From Squalus acanthias (lineage: Eukaryota), in assembly GCA_030390025.1 (NCBI GenBank), contig CM059432.1, positions 148,058,001 to 148,122,000 on the forward strand: DNA of 64,000 nucleotides. Direction: 5' to 3'. The notes under the pieces were generated by a model. That model did not search any database. It was not told the origin of the DNA and saw nothing but the letters and a program-made list of their open reading frames with translations. A program made the translations under genes and the position numbers. Position 1 is the first letter of the stretch; each line of letters begins with the position of its first letter. Positions 35,409-47,269 of the stretch are shown piece by piece.

Positions 35409-36754
35409 CCCTATCTGCTCAAGATGGCTGCAACATTATGCACAGGGTCTCAATTGGCTACAGGGGTGCAAACTATTATCCCTTGTCGTCATGGAAAGCC
35501 AACAATTCTGTGGAAATGTGTTGTCCTCTTACGTTGCTGCTACTGGTCGGTGGCAAAAGTGGTGATGTTATTTTCCCTCTTGATACATATGTGGGCTGAA
35601 AATTGGCCATGCTGGACATCCTGAACCCAGAGAACATCAAGCGAGTGAACCATGGTGAAGTGGATGGCTTTTTTCCAGTTATTAGGACTGATTTTCCTCT
35701 TTGGGCCTCTCCTAAGCACCTGACAGGCTCAGCGTACTGAAGGTGCGCAGAATCTGTGAAGGAAGGAGTGCATTTTCCGATCTGGCCAATTTCTGTGGCC
35801 CAGATGCACCCCCAGCAGATGCCAAACCCTTGGCAGGGCTTTGCGCTGGGATCGGGGGACGCAGCAAAGCTGCACTCCTGGCCAACAGAATCAAGGCCTT
35901 CTGTGGGGCAGCAACCAGAAGGTCCCAAGGCCCAAAGACCATCAGGGGAGGGAGGCAAATTAAATATATCACTACCTAAATCATGGCTGTTTTGATCTTC
36001 AGTGTCCTTTTGGGACCCCCCACAAACTATTCAGAATATGGAGGATCCTGATGCAAACTCCACCCGTATGTAGTTTGGTGCACCCCTCCGTATTCCTTAG
36101 GCATTCACAGGTAAGTATGCCTGGGTTTGCAAACATAACAGCATGTGTAAGCGTGAGAACTTCCCTAACGTAATCAAATCTGCCTTGCATCCCTTCTTTC
36201 ATCCGTTTTTTTTCCACCAAAAAACACAGAAGGGGCGAAACATCCCCACTGGATTTCCCAAATCTAGAATTGAAGTTGTCTGAAATCTGGGACAAAAAGT
36301 AAACAAATGGCCAAGAAAAGCGCAAAAATTCACCTTTCACGAATTCAAAATTAAAATCTGTTTTCATACATGTTCCAAATAAAAATACAGCTGGTCCCCC
36401 TTTAAATACTGCGAGCATGCCTGACCCTCATCACCCATTTACATACAAGCAAGCTGAGCGCACATCACGTCCCCAGCAAGAAAACAGTGGGGTTTGTGCT
36501 CAATTCCATCTCATTATAGTGCATTGTTAACCTGGTAAAGTGAGGCTTTCGCACATTTTGTGCTAAAGCACGTTGCGTCGGCCGGAAGAGTACAGGCGTT
36601 GCACGATGATTAGAGATCGATCACCTGATCACCAGCACCACTCCAGTGCCACTGCCCGTGGTGAAGGGAAAATTTACCCATGTATTTTGACATAACCTAT
36701 CCCTTAAAGGAACAGTCAGTTTTGTTTGTGCCTTTTTTTTCTTCCCTCCCACAT

Positions 36755-37168
36755 GGCAGCTGTCCTTCATTCTGCCAGCGCTATTCACACTTCATCTAGA
36801 GCCATCCTTTGTTCGTAACCTGTCCCATTACCACCTCCTCTTGCCTTGAATATCTCTTAATGTCTCTCAATGTTTCTTAATCTCTCCTGCTTTCTATCCT
36901 ATCACTGACGAAGGAGCAGAGCTCCGAAAGCTCGTAATTTCAAATAAAACTGTTGGACTATAACCTGGTGTTGTGCGACTTCTCATTTTTATCCTATCAC
37001 TGACCTTCCCTTTTGTTCTTTCATCCCCTCCCCCTTTTCCCAGCCCCCAAACTTGTTTTTAAATCTATTCCATTTCCTGCTTTTTTCCAGTTCTGACGAA
37101 AGGTCTCTCTCCACGGATGCTGCCTGACCTGCTGAGTTTTTCCAGTGTTTTCTGTTGTTATTTCAGTT
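36755..37168 (+). mobile_element. Penelope-like 3'UTR/pLTR remnant
   Basis: Pyrimidine-rich UTR leading to TTCTGACGAAAGGTC (half of a hammerhead core) and the same pLTR block as 35303. Confidence 0.6.
36905..36989 (+). ncRNA. Minimal hammerhead-ribozyme core in a short Penelope-type insert (probably inactive)
   Basis: CTGACGA-A-GGAGC-AGA-GCTCC-GAAA-GCTC, followed by AATAAA; flanked by the direct repeat TATCCTATCACTGAC (36895-36909, 36990-37004). Confidence 0.65.
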
Positions 37169-37207
37169 TTATCACGCTCTGTTTGCTTTGTTCTTACCCC
37201 CTTTTGA

Positions 37208-37330
37208 TGCTGCGCGTTCCCCACATTAAAACAGCGACTACACGTCAAAAGTACTTCACTGGCTGTAAAGCGCTTTGTGACGTGTTGAGGTCATGAAAGG
37301 CGCTAATTAAATACAAGTCTTTCTATCTTC
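37208..37330 (+). mobile_element. DeuSINE 3' tail fragment
   Basis: ..AAGTACTTCACTGGCTGTAAAGCGCTTTG..GAAAGGCGCTA..CAAGTCTTTC. Confidence 0.75.
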
Positions 37331-38123
37331 TTTTCTTTCTTCTTTGTCGCAAAAAGCAAGTAAAGTTACTCAGCTAATCCAGCCCATTCCATCGGTCGGG
37401 TCTTTAATCAAGGTTTGACCAACCTTTGTGACTGAAAGCCCATATCCCGAGGCCACCTCTTCTTTCAAGCCCCTTGCCCAATTTAAGTGAAACCTCAGAA
37501 GAAGTAATATTCTTTATCAAGATATTGCACTTGCAAAAGCGATATACATTTCAAAATGCATTGAACTGAGTCTTGCTTTATGTTATTTAAACAAATGCAA
37601 TATATAGAAAGGATTAGTCAGTGAGGGGCAGTAAAGTTTAAGGGGCGAGATGTTTAATTTATTTTCAGCAGACTGATTGAATGCTAATCTGTTTCTTTGT
37701 TTTATTACTGCACTTTACTCACTACACACTCCTGGAGCTTGGATGCATTATAACTAATGCAGGACTCTGAAGCTAATCAGAAATAAAAACTGCAATAATG
37801 GTGCTGAATCATCTTTAAGCTCCTTAGCAGGGCATGTAACCGCTATAAATAATGCTCAGTCATCAATTCAGGCTGTGGCATGTGCAAATTGTAGCATTGA
37901 TGGAGAGTGCAAGGTGCAGAATGGCCCGTTTCACTGATAAGGCCATGGAGTTCAATGTAAAGCAATGAAACTGACCACTATGGACGGGAAGGCAAAGCAG
38001 AGAGTCCAGCAAGATCAGGAGGCCATCATGGGGGAGGTCAATGCAGTGCCAATGAACGAGTCAAAATTGAAGAGAAATGCCATTCCAAGCAATCAGTATC
38101 AATTATGCCGCCCTGGTAAATCA

Positions 38124-38835
38124 AGGGGTGATTTTGTCAATGGGGGCGCGTTGGAGGCGGGACTGCCGCTTGTCGGGTTTCAGTCCCGCCTCCATCGACT
38201 TGTGGCCAACCCACATTATTTTCCCTTGATTGACCTTGTTAAGCCCGCCCAACGGGCTTAGCAGGCCAATTAAGGAGAAGCCGGTTACAGAGAATGTCAG
38301 CGTATGATGTTTCATCTGTAAAAAAAATTTGACAGATGAATTGTCATCGTTTGACAGCTCTGTGAAGCTGTCAAACACTAACATTCTGTGTTGTTTGATG
38401 AGTCCTTGTATTCAAGACTCATCAAACCTCTTTTGTGAGCAGAAATTAGATGGTTGTTGCATTGGAGAATGCAGCAGCCATTCTGTCGTCTCTGCCGGTG
38501 AGATGCGGGAGTCTCCGCATCCCCAACTGTTGAAGCCTGCAGGAAGAAACAAAGGTAAGTAAACATTTTCTATCACTTTCCACTCACCTCACATACTTAC
38601 CTCTCCACCCTTACACCCATCACTTACCTCCACAGCGCACTTTTGCACCCCTCCGACCCACTGCTCGCCTCGGTGACCCTGGCGGGGTTTCCCGGCGCAG
38701 GTCGGGTACCCGCCTCCTGGGAAGATGGCACGGAGGCGGGTTGGGGGCGGGATGGGCACCCGCCCCCAGATTCTGCCATTTTCCCAGCAGTCCCGCCTCC
38801 AAATCCACCTCCCCAGGGCTAGCAAAATCCAGCCC
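38124..38835. mobile_element. Non-autonomous Harbinger, ~710 bp
   Basis: Ends AGGGGTGATTTTG / CAAAATCCAGCCC; right ~170 bp is the reverse complement of the left end of element A; TSD not preserved. Confidence 0.7.
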
Positions 38836-38875
38836 TAGGACTCAGTTTTCCACTGTTGATGGCATAGATGACAAT

Positions 38876-39648
38876 GGGCCAGATTTTCTGACCCCTACAG
38901 GTGCATACGAGGTAGGTACGCATCCACCCGTAGGGGCCGCGCAAGTGCCGGTTTCAGGCATGCGAATGTGCTGAAAACAGGCACTTGCGATCTGTCAAGA
39001 ATTCATCCGCCTGCCCAGGGAGAAGGGCCTCCGCGGGTGGAGAGTCGCGCTTTTTGCACGACTTCCGCCCGCTGAAAGGCCGTAGAATTCTTACTCCTGG
39101 TAAAAGCGTGGCGTAAGGCCCACTTTTACCAGCTTAAGAGTGTTGAATAACAGAAAAATTAAATTTGATAACTCATTTATAAATTAAAAATACTCTTCAA
39201 AAAGGTACATTTATTTTTAGCCCTGTAAAAACATTAAACATTTTTTTAAATTAATTTTTTAAAAAATATTTAATGAATTGGAATTTTAATTAATTTTAAT
39301 TATGTAATTTAAAAAAAAAGTTATTTAATGTTTTAGCGTGTTTTTAAATGTGATCCCCATTCATACTTTTGACAGTTCTGTCCCTACAGACCAGTCAAAA
39401 GGATGAAGGGGGATTCCTTTCTTTGATTGGTTCCCCAGGGCCCACATCATCCTAGGGACGCTTGCGAACCACCTGCGCCCCTGGGATACCTGGGATACCT
39501 GGGATACCTGGGCCTCTGCCCGCGCGGATCCAGAGAGGCCCAGGAGCGGAAGCTTCGGACCTACGGAACCAACAGGTAGGTTCGTAGATTTTTTTTTCCG
39601 ATCGGAGGCATCCGCCCGAAGGAAGCCTCCGATCGGAAATTCAGGGCC
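38876..39648 (+). mobile_element. Hairpin-rich non-autonomous Harbinger, 773 bp
   Basis: TIR GGGCCAGATTTT / AAATTCAGGGCC; perfect AAT/AAT TSD; homologous to the elements at 21308, 49213 and 59445. Confidence 0.92.
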
Positions 39649-40661
39649 AATGCTTCGAATAACCGCCCAAGCTCGAGATGGGCTGTGCCCTTTCTTAACT
39701 GCTTATGCCACTCCTGTTAGCGGTAAAAAAAAATGCCGTGGCAGATTAGTTGGCACCCCTTAAGTATCTTAGCAACCATAGTAACTCACAGGAAAGAGGC
39801 TGTGGTTGCTAAACCAGCCATGAGGCGTGGAGATTTGAAAGCTGTTGTGGAATCTCGACACACTGTGTTGTTGCTGTACTGGAGGATGCAGTGCTGGCTC
39901 ACCAGTGTGTCATCTTCAGATCAACAGGTTTCAGGAACCTGGGCCTGGAAATTCGGGTGGTTTGCGCCACCCGTTAGTGCCGTGTAATGGCGAAAAAACA
40001 GCCGCCGGCCCTCTGCCGCCAGCTGGTGGTGGGTACCGCGGCAGCCGGCATTTTCGGCAGGTCGTCGGCCATGCCGTTAACTGCTATTGGCGAGAGTATG
40101 TTAATGAGGTGGCACGTGACGTCAATCGGCGTGCAACGGCGAGTTGACGCCAGCTCATCCATTTTGGAGTTCTCCGCTCGCATTGCCGCCCGTGCTAAAT
40201 CCCGCCAGTATTTGCTGCCGCTGACCGGTCTTTCAGCAGCATTAGTGGCCATGAGCCGGGCTTTTTAGGTCCAGAGCTGCTCAAGGTCGTCCTGCAAGGC
40301 CATCTGAAGACTTCCCCATGGAAACTCAGCAACCTTCCAGCAGCCATGCTGCAGCCACTGGGGGAGCATTTTACAGGGGCACTAGATTAGGAAAACCCAC
40401 ATGAAATACAGACACTAACAGATTGCACAATGTTGCTTAGTTAATAGTATTATTGTAAACACTCCATCTGGTGAGGGCAGTAGCATCGGCGCTGGGAGCG
40501 TGATTATTGACAAATGTATTAACTTTGTTTGGAATCTTTTGTAGTGGCTCTCATTTCAGCTTTACGCCCAGGAGAACGCTGTGATATTCCGTGAGACAGG
40601 GATGATATGATGGGGATGATATGATGGGGATGTGATGAGCAACGGGGATCTGGGATTTCAT

Positions 40662-41789
40662 TCATTGAAGTCTGATGAGCCGTTCATGGACAGCCCGTCT
40701 GGATGGACGATTGGGTGCCTGCCTCCTCCCTCCCTCCTCTTCCTCGTTCTCCTCCTCCTCACCCTCGTCCTCCTCCTGAGGTGGTCCGGCAATCCCTGCT
40801 GGCAAGGGCTGCGACTTCATGATGGCCAAGTTGTGGAGCATGCTGCAGACCACCACGAAATGGGACACCCACTCCACCGAGTACTGGAGGGCTCCTCACG
40901 AGCATTCAAGGCAGCGGAACCATTGCTTCAGTAGGCCGATGGTCTGCTCGATGATGTTCCTGGTGGAGGCATGACTCTCATTGTATGAGTGCTGGGCACA
41001 GGTGTTGGGGTTGCAGAAGGGAGTCATGAGCCAGGTGGAGAGCAGATAGCCCTTGTCTCCGAGCAGCCACCCTCGAGTTTGCTGGAAGATTTCTGGCACA
41101 CCGGACTGGTGCAGGATGAAGGCATCATGACTGCTGCCAGGATAGCGGGCATTGACATTGAGGATTCACTGTGTGTGGTCACACAACAACTGCGCATTAA
41201 GGGAGTGGTAGCCTTTGCAGTTACAGAAGATCTCAGGATTGTCGTGGCGTCCGCAAAGCCACGTGTGCGCAGACAATCACACCCTGCACCATGGGGAAAT
41301 CCGCTATCCTGGCAAAGCCACATGCACGCTCGTCCTGGTTCTCTCTGAGAGAGAACCCAATGTAGTCCCTTCTCCTGGTGCAGAGAGACCTCCTGGATGC
41401 AGTGATGGACAGTGAATTGAGAGGTTAGCTATGTCTCCTGCTGCAGACTGGAAGGATCCGCTGGTGAAGAAATTGAGGGCCACTGTGATTTTGACTGCCA
41501 CTGGGAGAGCTGTGGTCACCCTGGTCTGAGGCTGCAGGTCTGGTTGCAGGAGGTGGCAGAGTTCTGTGACCACCTCCTTGATGAAGCGGAACCTCCTAAT
41601 ACACTGCTCCTTGCTTAATTGGAGGTAGGAGAAGTGCTCTCGGAAGACCCTCGGTGGGTAAGGCCTCCTGTTGAGAGCCCTCCTGGCCCTCCTCCTCCCT
41701 CTGCGCGCATGTTCCCATCTTCCTCGCTGCCTCCGCTCCCTCTGCCATAGAACCTGGAGGGTGAGGTCAACTGCCAGTACAGCCCCCAT
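40662..41789 (-). pseudogene. Harbinger transposase (A-like subfamily), disrupted
   Basis: [57 protein letters not shown]; frameshifts. Confidence 0.92.
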
Positions 41790-42211
41790 GACTTTTAGCA
41801 AGTGTTCTGAGCAGAAGCCTTTAAAAACTAATGAGGGAGTTCTGCACTTGCAACAACACTCCCTGTTACCAAAGAACCTTGAAATAAGTAAAGAAAACTT
41901 GGAGTTGCAAAGGGTAGCACAGAGCCACTCAAACTGCAGAACCATGTCTGTTGCAACTGATTGCTGATGATCCCTTTAAATATCGTTGCTGCAGCCTCCT
42001 TCCTGCTGTTGGGCACCCGCTCTCCCTGTTGTTGTTTAGGCATGCCAGTAAGTTGAATGGCGAAAACGAATGCTGCAGATCGGGCATCAAGTGAGCGTTG
42101 CACACTCACTGATGTCACGCTCTCGTTCATTTAAATCCCTCGGGTGATCGTGTTTACTGGCAGTGCTAACGGCCCTTGCAAAATGGCGTCCACCGCGGGA
42201 GCCACCACCAG

Positions 42212-42690
42212 CTGGCAGCAGTCATGATGCTTTTATTCCGCGCCAGTCCACTGTTCCCTCAGTCTTTGAGCCACCAGGATTAACCAGAGGGTGGCTACTG
42301 GGTGACAAGGGCTATCTCTTGGCCACCTGGCTCATGAATCTGCTCCGCAACCATACCACATGTGGGCAGCATGCATGCAATGAGAGCCATGCTGCTACAC
42401 AGAATCTGATTGAGCAGACCATTGGCGTCCTTAAGCAACACTTCCGCTGCCTGGACCACTCTGGAGGAGCTCTGCAGTACTCACCAGAACATGACTCAAG
42501 ATTCGTCGTGGTCTGCTGCAGGCTCCACAACCTCGCCATCATGAGGGCACAGCCCTTGCCACTAGGCTTATGGTGACCAGCTGAGGAGGTGGAGGAAGCG
42601 GAATAGGAGGAAGCAGAAGGGAGGAGCTGGCCCAGACAGCCCCTTTCTGCCCAGGCTGTCTGTGATCGACTCTTCTGATTGCGAATGAAC
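42212..42690 (+). pseudogene. Harbinger transposase 3' half
   Basis: [44 protein letters not shown]. Confidence 0.88.
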
Positions 42691-42859
42691 GCAACCCCAA
42701 TTCCCCAAACTTAACAATAATCCCACACCTTCCCTTCCCTCTGTTACTGACCATCGCAGCGTCCTCTTGGCCACTATGCTGAAATAAAAGTCACCACAAA
42801 AGAAACATTCCAATCTAAATTTATCCATCAATCCATCCAATATAACCTAACAAAGTCAA

Positions 42860-44093
42860 TCAATCACCTTTGCGTATTCCCTTAGTGCCTGTCTTCAATG
42901 TCCCTTTGCCTGTCCTAGTGCTCCTACAAAGTTCTACCCCAGTGGCTGCAGCATGGCTGGTGGAAGGCTGCTGACTTTCAGTGGGGCAGATTGCAGATGG
43001 CCTCTGCAGGACGACCTCGAGCACCTCTAAGCCTAGAAGGCCTGGCTGCGGACTGCGCCACCTCGGCATGGGTGGCAGTAGTCTGGGCTGGCTGGCTGAC
43101 AGGCAACAGCCAGGGCACTGGCGGAGTGGCAGTGGTGGGAGGACGAATGTTGTCATCCTGAAAGAGGACAGCAGGTTCGTTCTCCACGGAGCCACTGCCT
43201 CTCCCCCGGGGCGGCGCATCAGCACTCCTAGTAATCAGTTGGAGGACAGATTGCTAGAATGCTGTGACATCCTGCAAACCCCTTTCACACTGGTAAACCC
43301 AGCCACAAGAGCTGCATGCTTACACCATGTGCAGATTGTAAATCAGAAGAGATTGTGGGATGAGGGGGAGGTGGGATGTGAGAAAAAGGATATCGACCTC
43401 TTGTACTCTTTTGGCCACAGGCTCAGAAATGCCCCTCTCAACAATGGCCAGCACCGTCTCCTCCAAGGGGATGAGGTTATGCAGGTGAGCCTGTCCCTCA
43501 CCTGTTAGGTTCTGCTGGAACCAGTTATGAGCCACCTTTTTCTGCAAGAGAAAGGGAATTATGTCAGTGAGTGTGGCGCAATGGGTTTGGGTGATGTGCC
43601 TGTCATGGTTGTGCAGCTGGCAATGTGCCTGTGATGGTTTGCTGGTAGGGTGTGCAAGCTGTGAGATGTGGGTTTGAGGCATGCAGCAGTGGTAAGTGTG
43701 GGAGGGTGAGGTGAAGCTATGAATGTGAGGTGTGAGTCATGTTTGGTAGAGATTGTTGGTAGGTGCGTGATGGTGGTGTGGTGCATTGAGCAGCGTGTGA
43801 GGCTAGTGGTGTAGTTTGTGGGATATGGCACTTGAAGATGAATTCACTGACCTTGACCAGTCGTGTGAGGTCATTAAACTTCTTCCTGCACTGCGTCCAG
43901 GTCCTCGGGGCCACACTGCTGGCATTCACCACATTGGCTATCTGCTCCCATTGCACTTTTGTCTGTTGCCTGGAGGGTCTCCTGGCCCCCTGTGGAAAGA
44001 GGACCTCTCTCTTCTCGAATTGACCTCCAGCACCAAGTCCTCCAGTACTGCATCGGCGATGATCGGTGCACACTCTCTCCCCTGTTGCGCCAT
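42860..44093 (-). pseudogene. Harbinger Myb/SANT partner gene, internally deleted
   Basis: KRREVLFPQG..WEQIANVVNASSVAPRTWTQCRKKFNDLTRLVK|GTCAGT; exon 2 KKVAHN; tail RSTRTGKGTLKTGTKGIRKGD*. Confidence 0.85.
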
Positions 44094-44777
44094 CATGAAT
44101 TGAGAGTTGTCTTCCTCAGCCAGTTGAACAATGATCTGCAGGTAGAGTGCACCTCCCCTTAAAAGAGGTTCAGACTACCTTTAAGTAGTGCAGACTGGCT
44201 TTAATTGGTGCTAGCCTCGCATGAACATGGGAGCCCCCTGCTGAGTGTTCAGCCACACAGCAGCACGTTCAGCGCTGGGCTGAACGCCACAATCATGCAA
44301 ATGAGCAGGCAGCACCTAGTTCAGGTGCTGACTGCAGTCCTTGAATGGGTGCGGGTTGCTAGCGCATCGCGATCCCCGCACCCGTTTTCAAGGGTAAACC
44401 AATTCCTAGGCCAAAGTTTTTGAGTAGTCAGTTGCATGACTACTCAAAATCTAATCCTGTAAAACCAAACATGAACCCAAATACAGAAGAAAAATAGGAC
44501 TTTTACCGCCAGTGAGGTCAGTGAAAAGGACGCTCTTTTAGCAATAACTGTGGTCACAATGCAATTTCTAAAATGATCAATCTTCCTTTTGTTTCCACCG
44601 TGGGGGTGTGAATTAACAGTTCTTTTTACTTCGGCCTGTGAACAGCCTGGTTATGCAGGTTTCCATGGTGACCAGTTTTTCTTTTGTTTCCACCATGGTG
44701 TGTGAATTAACAGTATTTTACTCCCGGCTGTCTGAAGCCAATTTCACCCTTTTTATACAAAACTTTATTTTATTCTT

Positions 44778-44885
44778 ACATTAAAACAGTGACTACACTT
44801 CAAGAATACTTCATTGGCTGCAAAGCCCTTTGGGACGTCCTGAGGTTGTGAAAGGCGCTATAGAAATGCAAGTTTTTTTTTTCTT
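44778..44885 (+). mobile_element. DeuSINE 3' tail fragment
   Basis: CAGTGACTACACTTCAAG..TTCATTGGCTG..GGGACGTCCTGAGG..AAGGCGCTATAGAAATGCAAG. Confidence 0.8.
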
Positions 44886-45744
44886 TTTACACAAGCTCAG
44901 ACTGTGCACTGGTGGTTGGTCACCCATTAGATTCTCTTGGCATGGTAATATGGTAGCCGCATGACCACTAGACACCATTACAATATCTATCCTTGAAATG
45001 ACACGATAGGATCCTGATGTATGAATGGGTTTGTCTGAAATTCGTCTTTTCCTTAGTTTGCTGGAGAAGAACAGGCTCGATGGGCTGAATGGCCTACTCC
45101 TGTTCCTGTGTTCCCAACCCATTTAATATAAATTCAGGCTAGCTGTCTTTAATTTATGAAACTTATTTTGTTGAAACTATAGCAATTTAATTTTAAAACT
45201 TGAAACCACTGAATAGCGTTGTCTGTGTGTATCTATGTTTTTCTGATTTCCCAGGCCTCCCACCCACTCTTTCCTCTCTCATAAGTAGTCTTCTCTGTTT
45301 AAAGAGAAACTTCAATGAATTATATTTTTTTACTGCAGTCCCAATACATAGTACACAAGTTGAAAATCCAAAACTTGTTGCCCAGGAACTGATGGCTGTA
45401 GCTTGCCTCTCTGAGCTTCAGTCAATCTGGGTCAGAATAACCTAAAGCTCACAGATTCCCTGTTTACATGAGCCCTGATCAGTCCCTATTCATCGAATAC
45501 CAAGCTAGCAGCTCACCTGACATCCAGTCTTGCGGTTGTCAAACAAGTTCCCTGACAATACCCTCTCAACTCGCCGCACAACGGGACCCCTCCTTCCCCC
45601 AGCGGCCCTGCCAGCTTCACCGCCGGGTGTTGTACTCCGACACAGCTGGCTGCTCCATCTCCAACTTCCTGACCAGCTATTCCACCATTAACATCCCACC
45701 AACACTGTTCCACCAACAACACTCCTTCAATGAGCTTCCACTTT

Positions 45745-46008
45745 GAACAACGCGGACAGGAATTTGGACATGAGTCTAGGTTCGGATCGGTCATGGCCCT
45801 GTGGGTAGCGTAGCGGGCCCAGGGGCCGTGTAGCCTGATCCTGCTCCTATTTCGTGTGTCCAATTCTGTTAGGTTCAGGAGATGGTTCTGTGATAGTAGA
45901 TTGGCGGTTAGGATCAGATCAGCCATGATCTTATTGAATGGCGGAGCAGGCTCGAGGGGCCAATTGGCCTACTCCTGCTCCTATTTCTTATGTTCTTATG
46001 TTCTTATG
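45745..46008 (+). mobile_element. CR1 3' UTR fragment
   Basis: GATCAGCCATGATCTTATTGAATGGCGGAGCAGGCTCGAGGGGCC..CCTACTCCTGCTCCT followed by (TTCTTATG)3. Confidence 0.85.
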
Positions 46009-47269
46009 TAACTAGTTGCACCACCTGTCCTGATTAGTTGCTCCTTCACCGTCAACATCCCAACTTATTTCTCCACACTACCTCAACTACTAGTTTCAGC
46101 AATGCCCCACCTGCCGGCTTTTCTCCCAATTGAATGACTTTGTCTACCACCACCACCAGCAGCCCAACATGTTAATCTATCACCTCTGCAATCCCAACAA
46201 GTTGTTTCACCGCTGATTTCTTTCAACTAGATTCACTTGCAGCTCACGGATTTATTGCACAATGGACTGTCAGATTAGGTGTTCAGTGATATCCTCGGCA
46301 TGCTAATGTGCCACTGTCTGGTATCACTTTTTATGGTTTGGGCTTGTTCCTCCTCTTCTACCCTTTCCTGAGCTTCTGCATTAGCTCTTCCGATGATGCC
46401 TCATCTTAGCGATTCCTTTATTCCTGGACATTTCTCTTCCCAGTCCCTTCCCATCATCATGATCCGGCTCTCTTCCACAGCTTCCTTTTGCCCACTAGAC
46501 CAAAAAGTTTTTTCATCAATATCGCCCTCGCCCCTTCCCGAAACAATGAAATCCGTGCAGAGTGTCCTTGTCCATTCATCGGGGGGTCTTTAAATGATGT
46601 GAGTTTAATGATGATAACAGGGCCATGCACCAGAGTTGCTGAGGTGTATTTTATCCGCATCGAGGAGAGCAATGATGTGAACCAAAGCCCTCTGCTTTTG
46701 ATGATGATTCCAGTTCCCTATTTCTATATACACCATACAGAGAATTAAAATAAAGGATATATGTATCGTTGAATGTTGTGCTTACAGAGATAAAGTGAGG
46801 CCTGAAATCTCACAATTCCAATGTCCCTGCCCATCTGTTGCGGTGTACGTGTGCCATTAAGTCTGTAACTAAGACTGATAACAGTCATAATATCTCACCT
46901 ATGTATAGAGAAATTGCTGAATTGTTAGATCAATCTAAATGAGACAAAAATAGCTAACGATAGCCCAGCCACACAATGTTATCTCTTGACATGTTATTCG
47001 ACAAGGTTGGGAGTGGTGAGCTCAAAAATGATCAGCGCTCAAGAGTGGCTGATTTTTAAAAATTATCAAACGATGAAAAGTACGGACATATCACAAGCTC
47101 TGATATAAAGCACAACTTGTATTCTTTAATAGGGAGAAAGCCATACATGTTCATTCATCCTGGGGTCAACCAGCTGGACCCCACTTGCCTTTTTCAATCC
47201 TGTGCCTTTCTGTTCCTATGCAACCACTTCCTTCCTTTCAAGGAGCTCCACTGCATTTGAAAACACAAT

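Larger units (their letters stand above)
39942..44412. mobile_element. Composite Harbinger element F with an inverted internal segment
   Basis: Ends GGCCTGGAAATT / AATTCCTAGGCC; order is promoter end, Myb tail (+), transposase (-), promoter, junction at ~42211, transposase 3' half (+), Myb gene (-). Confidence 0.75.

Noticed and set aside
46330..46750. Short ORFs on both strands in unique-looking DNA
   Set aside because: No recognisable homology; stops in alternative frames; no paired splice sites.
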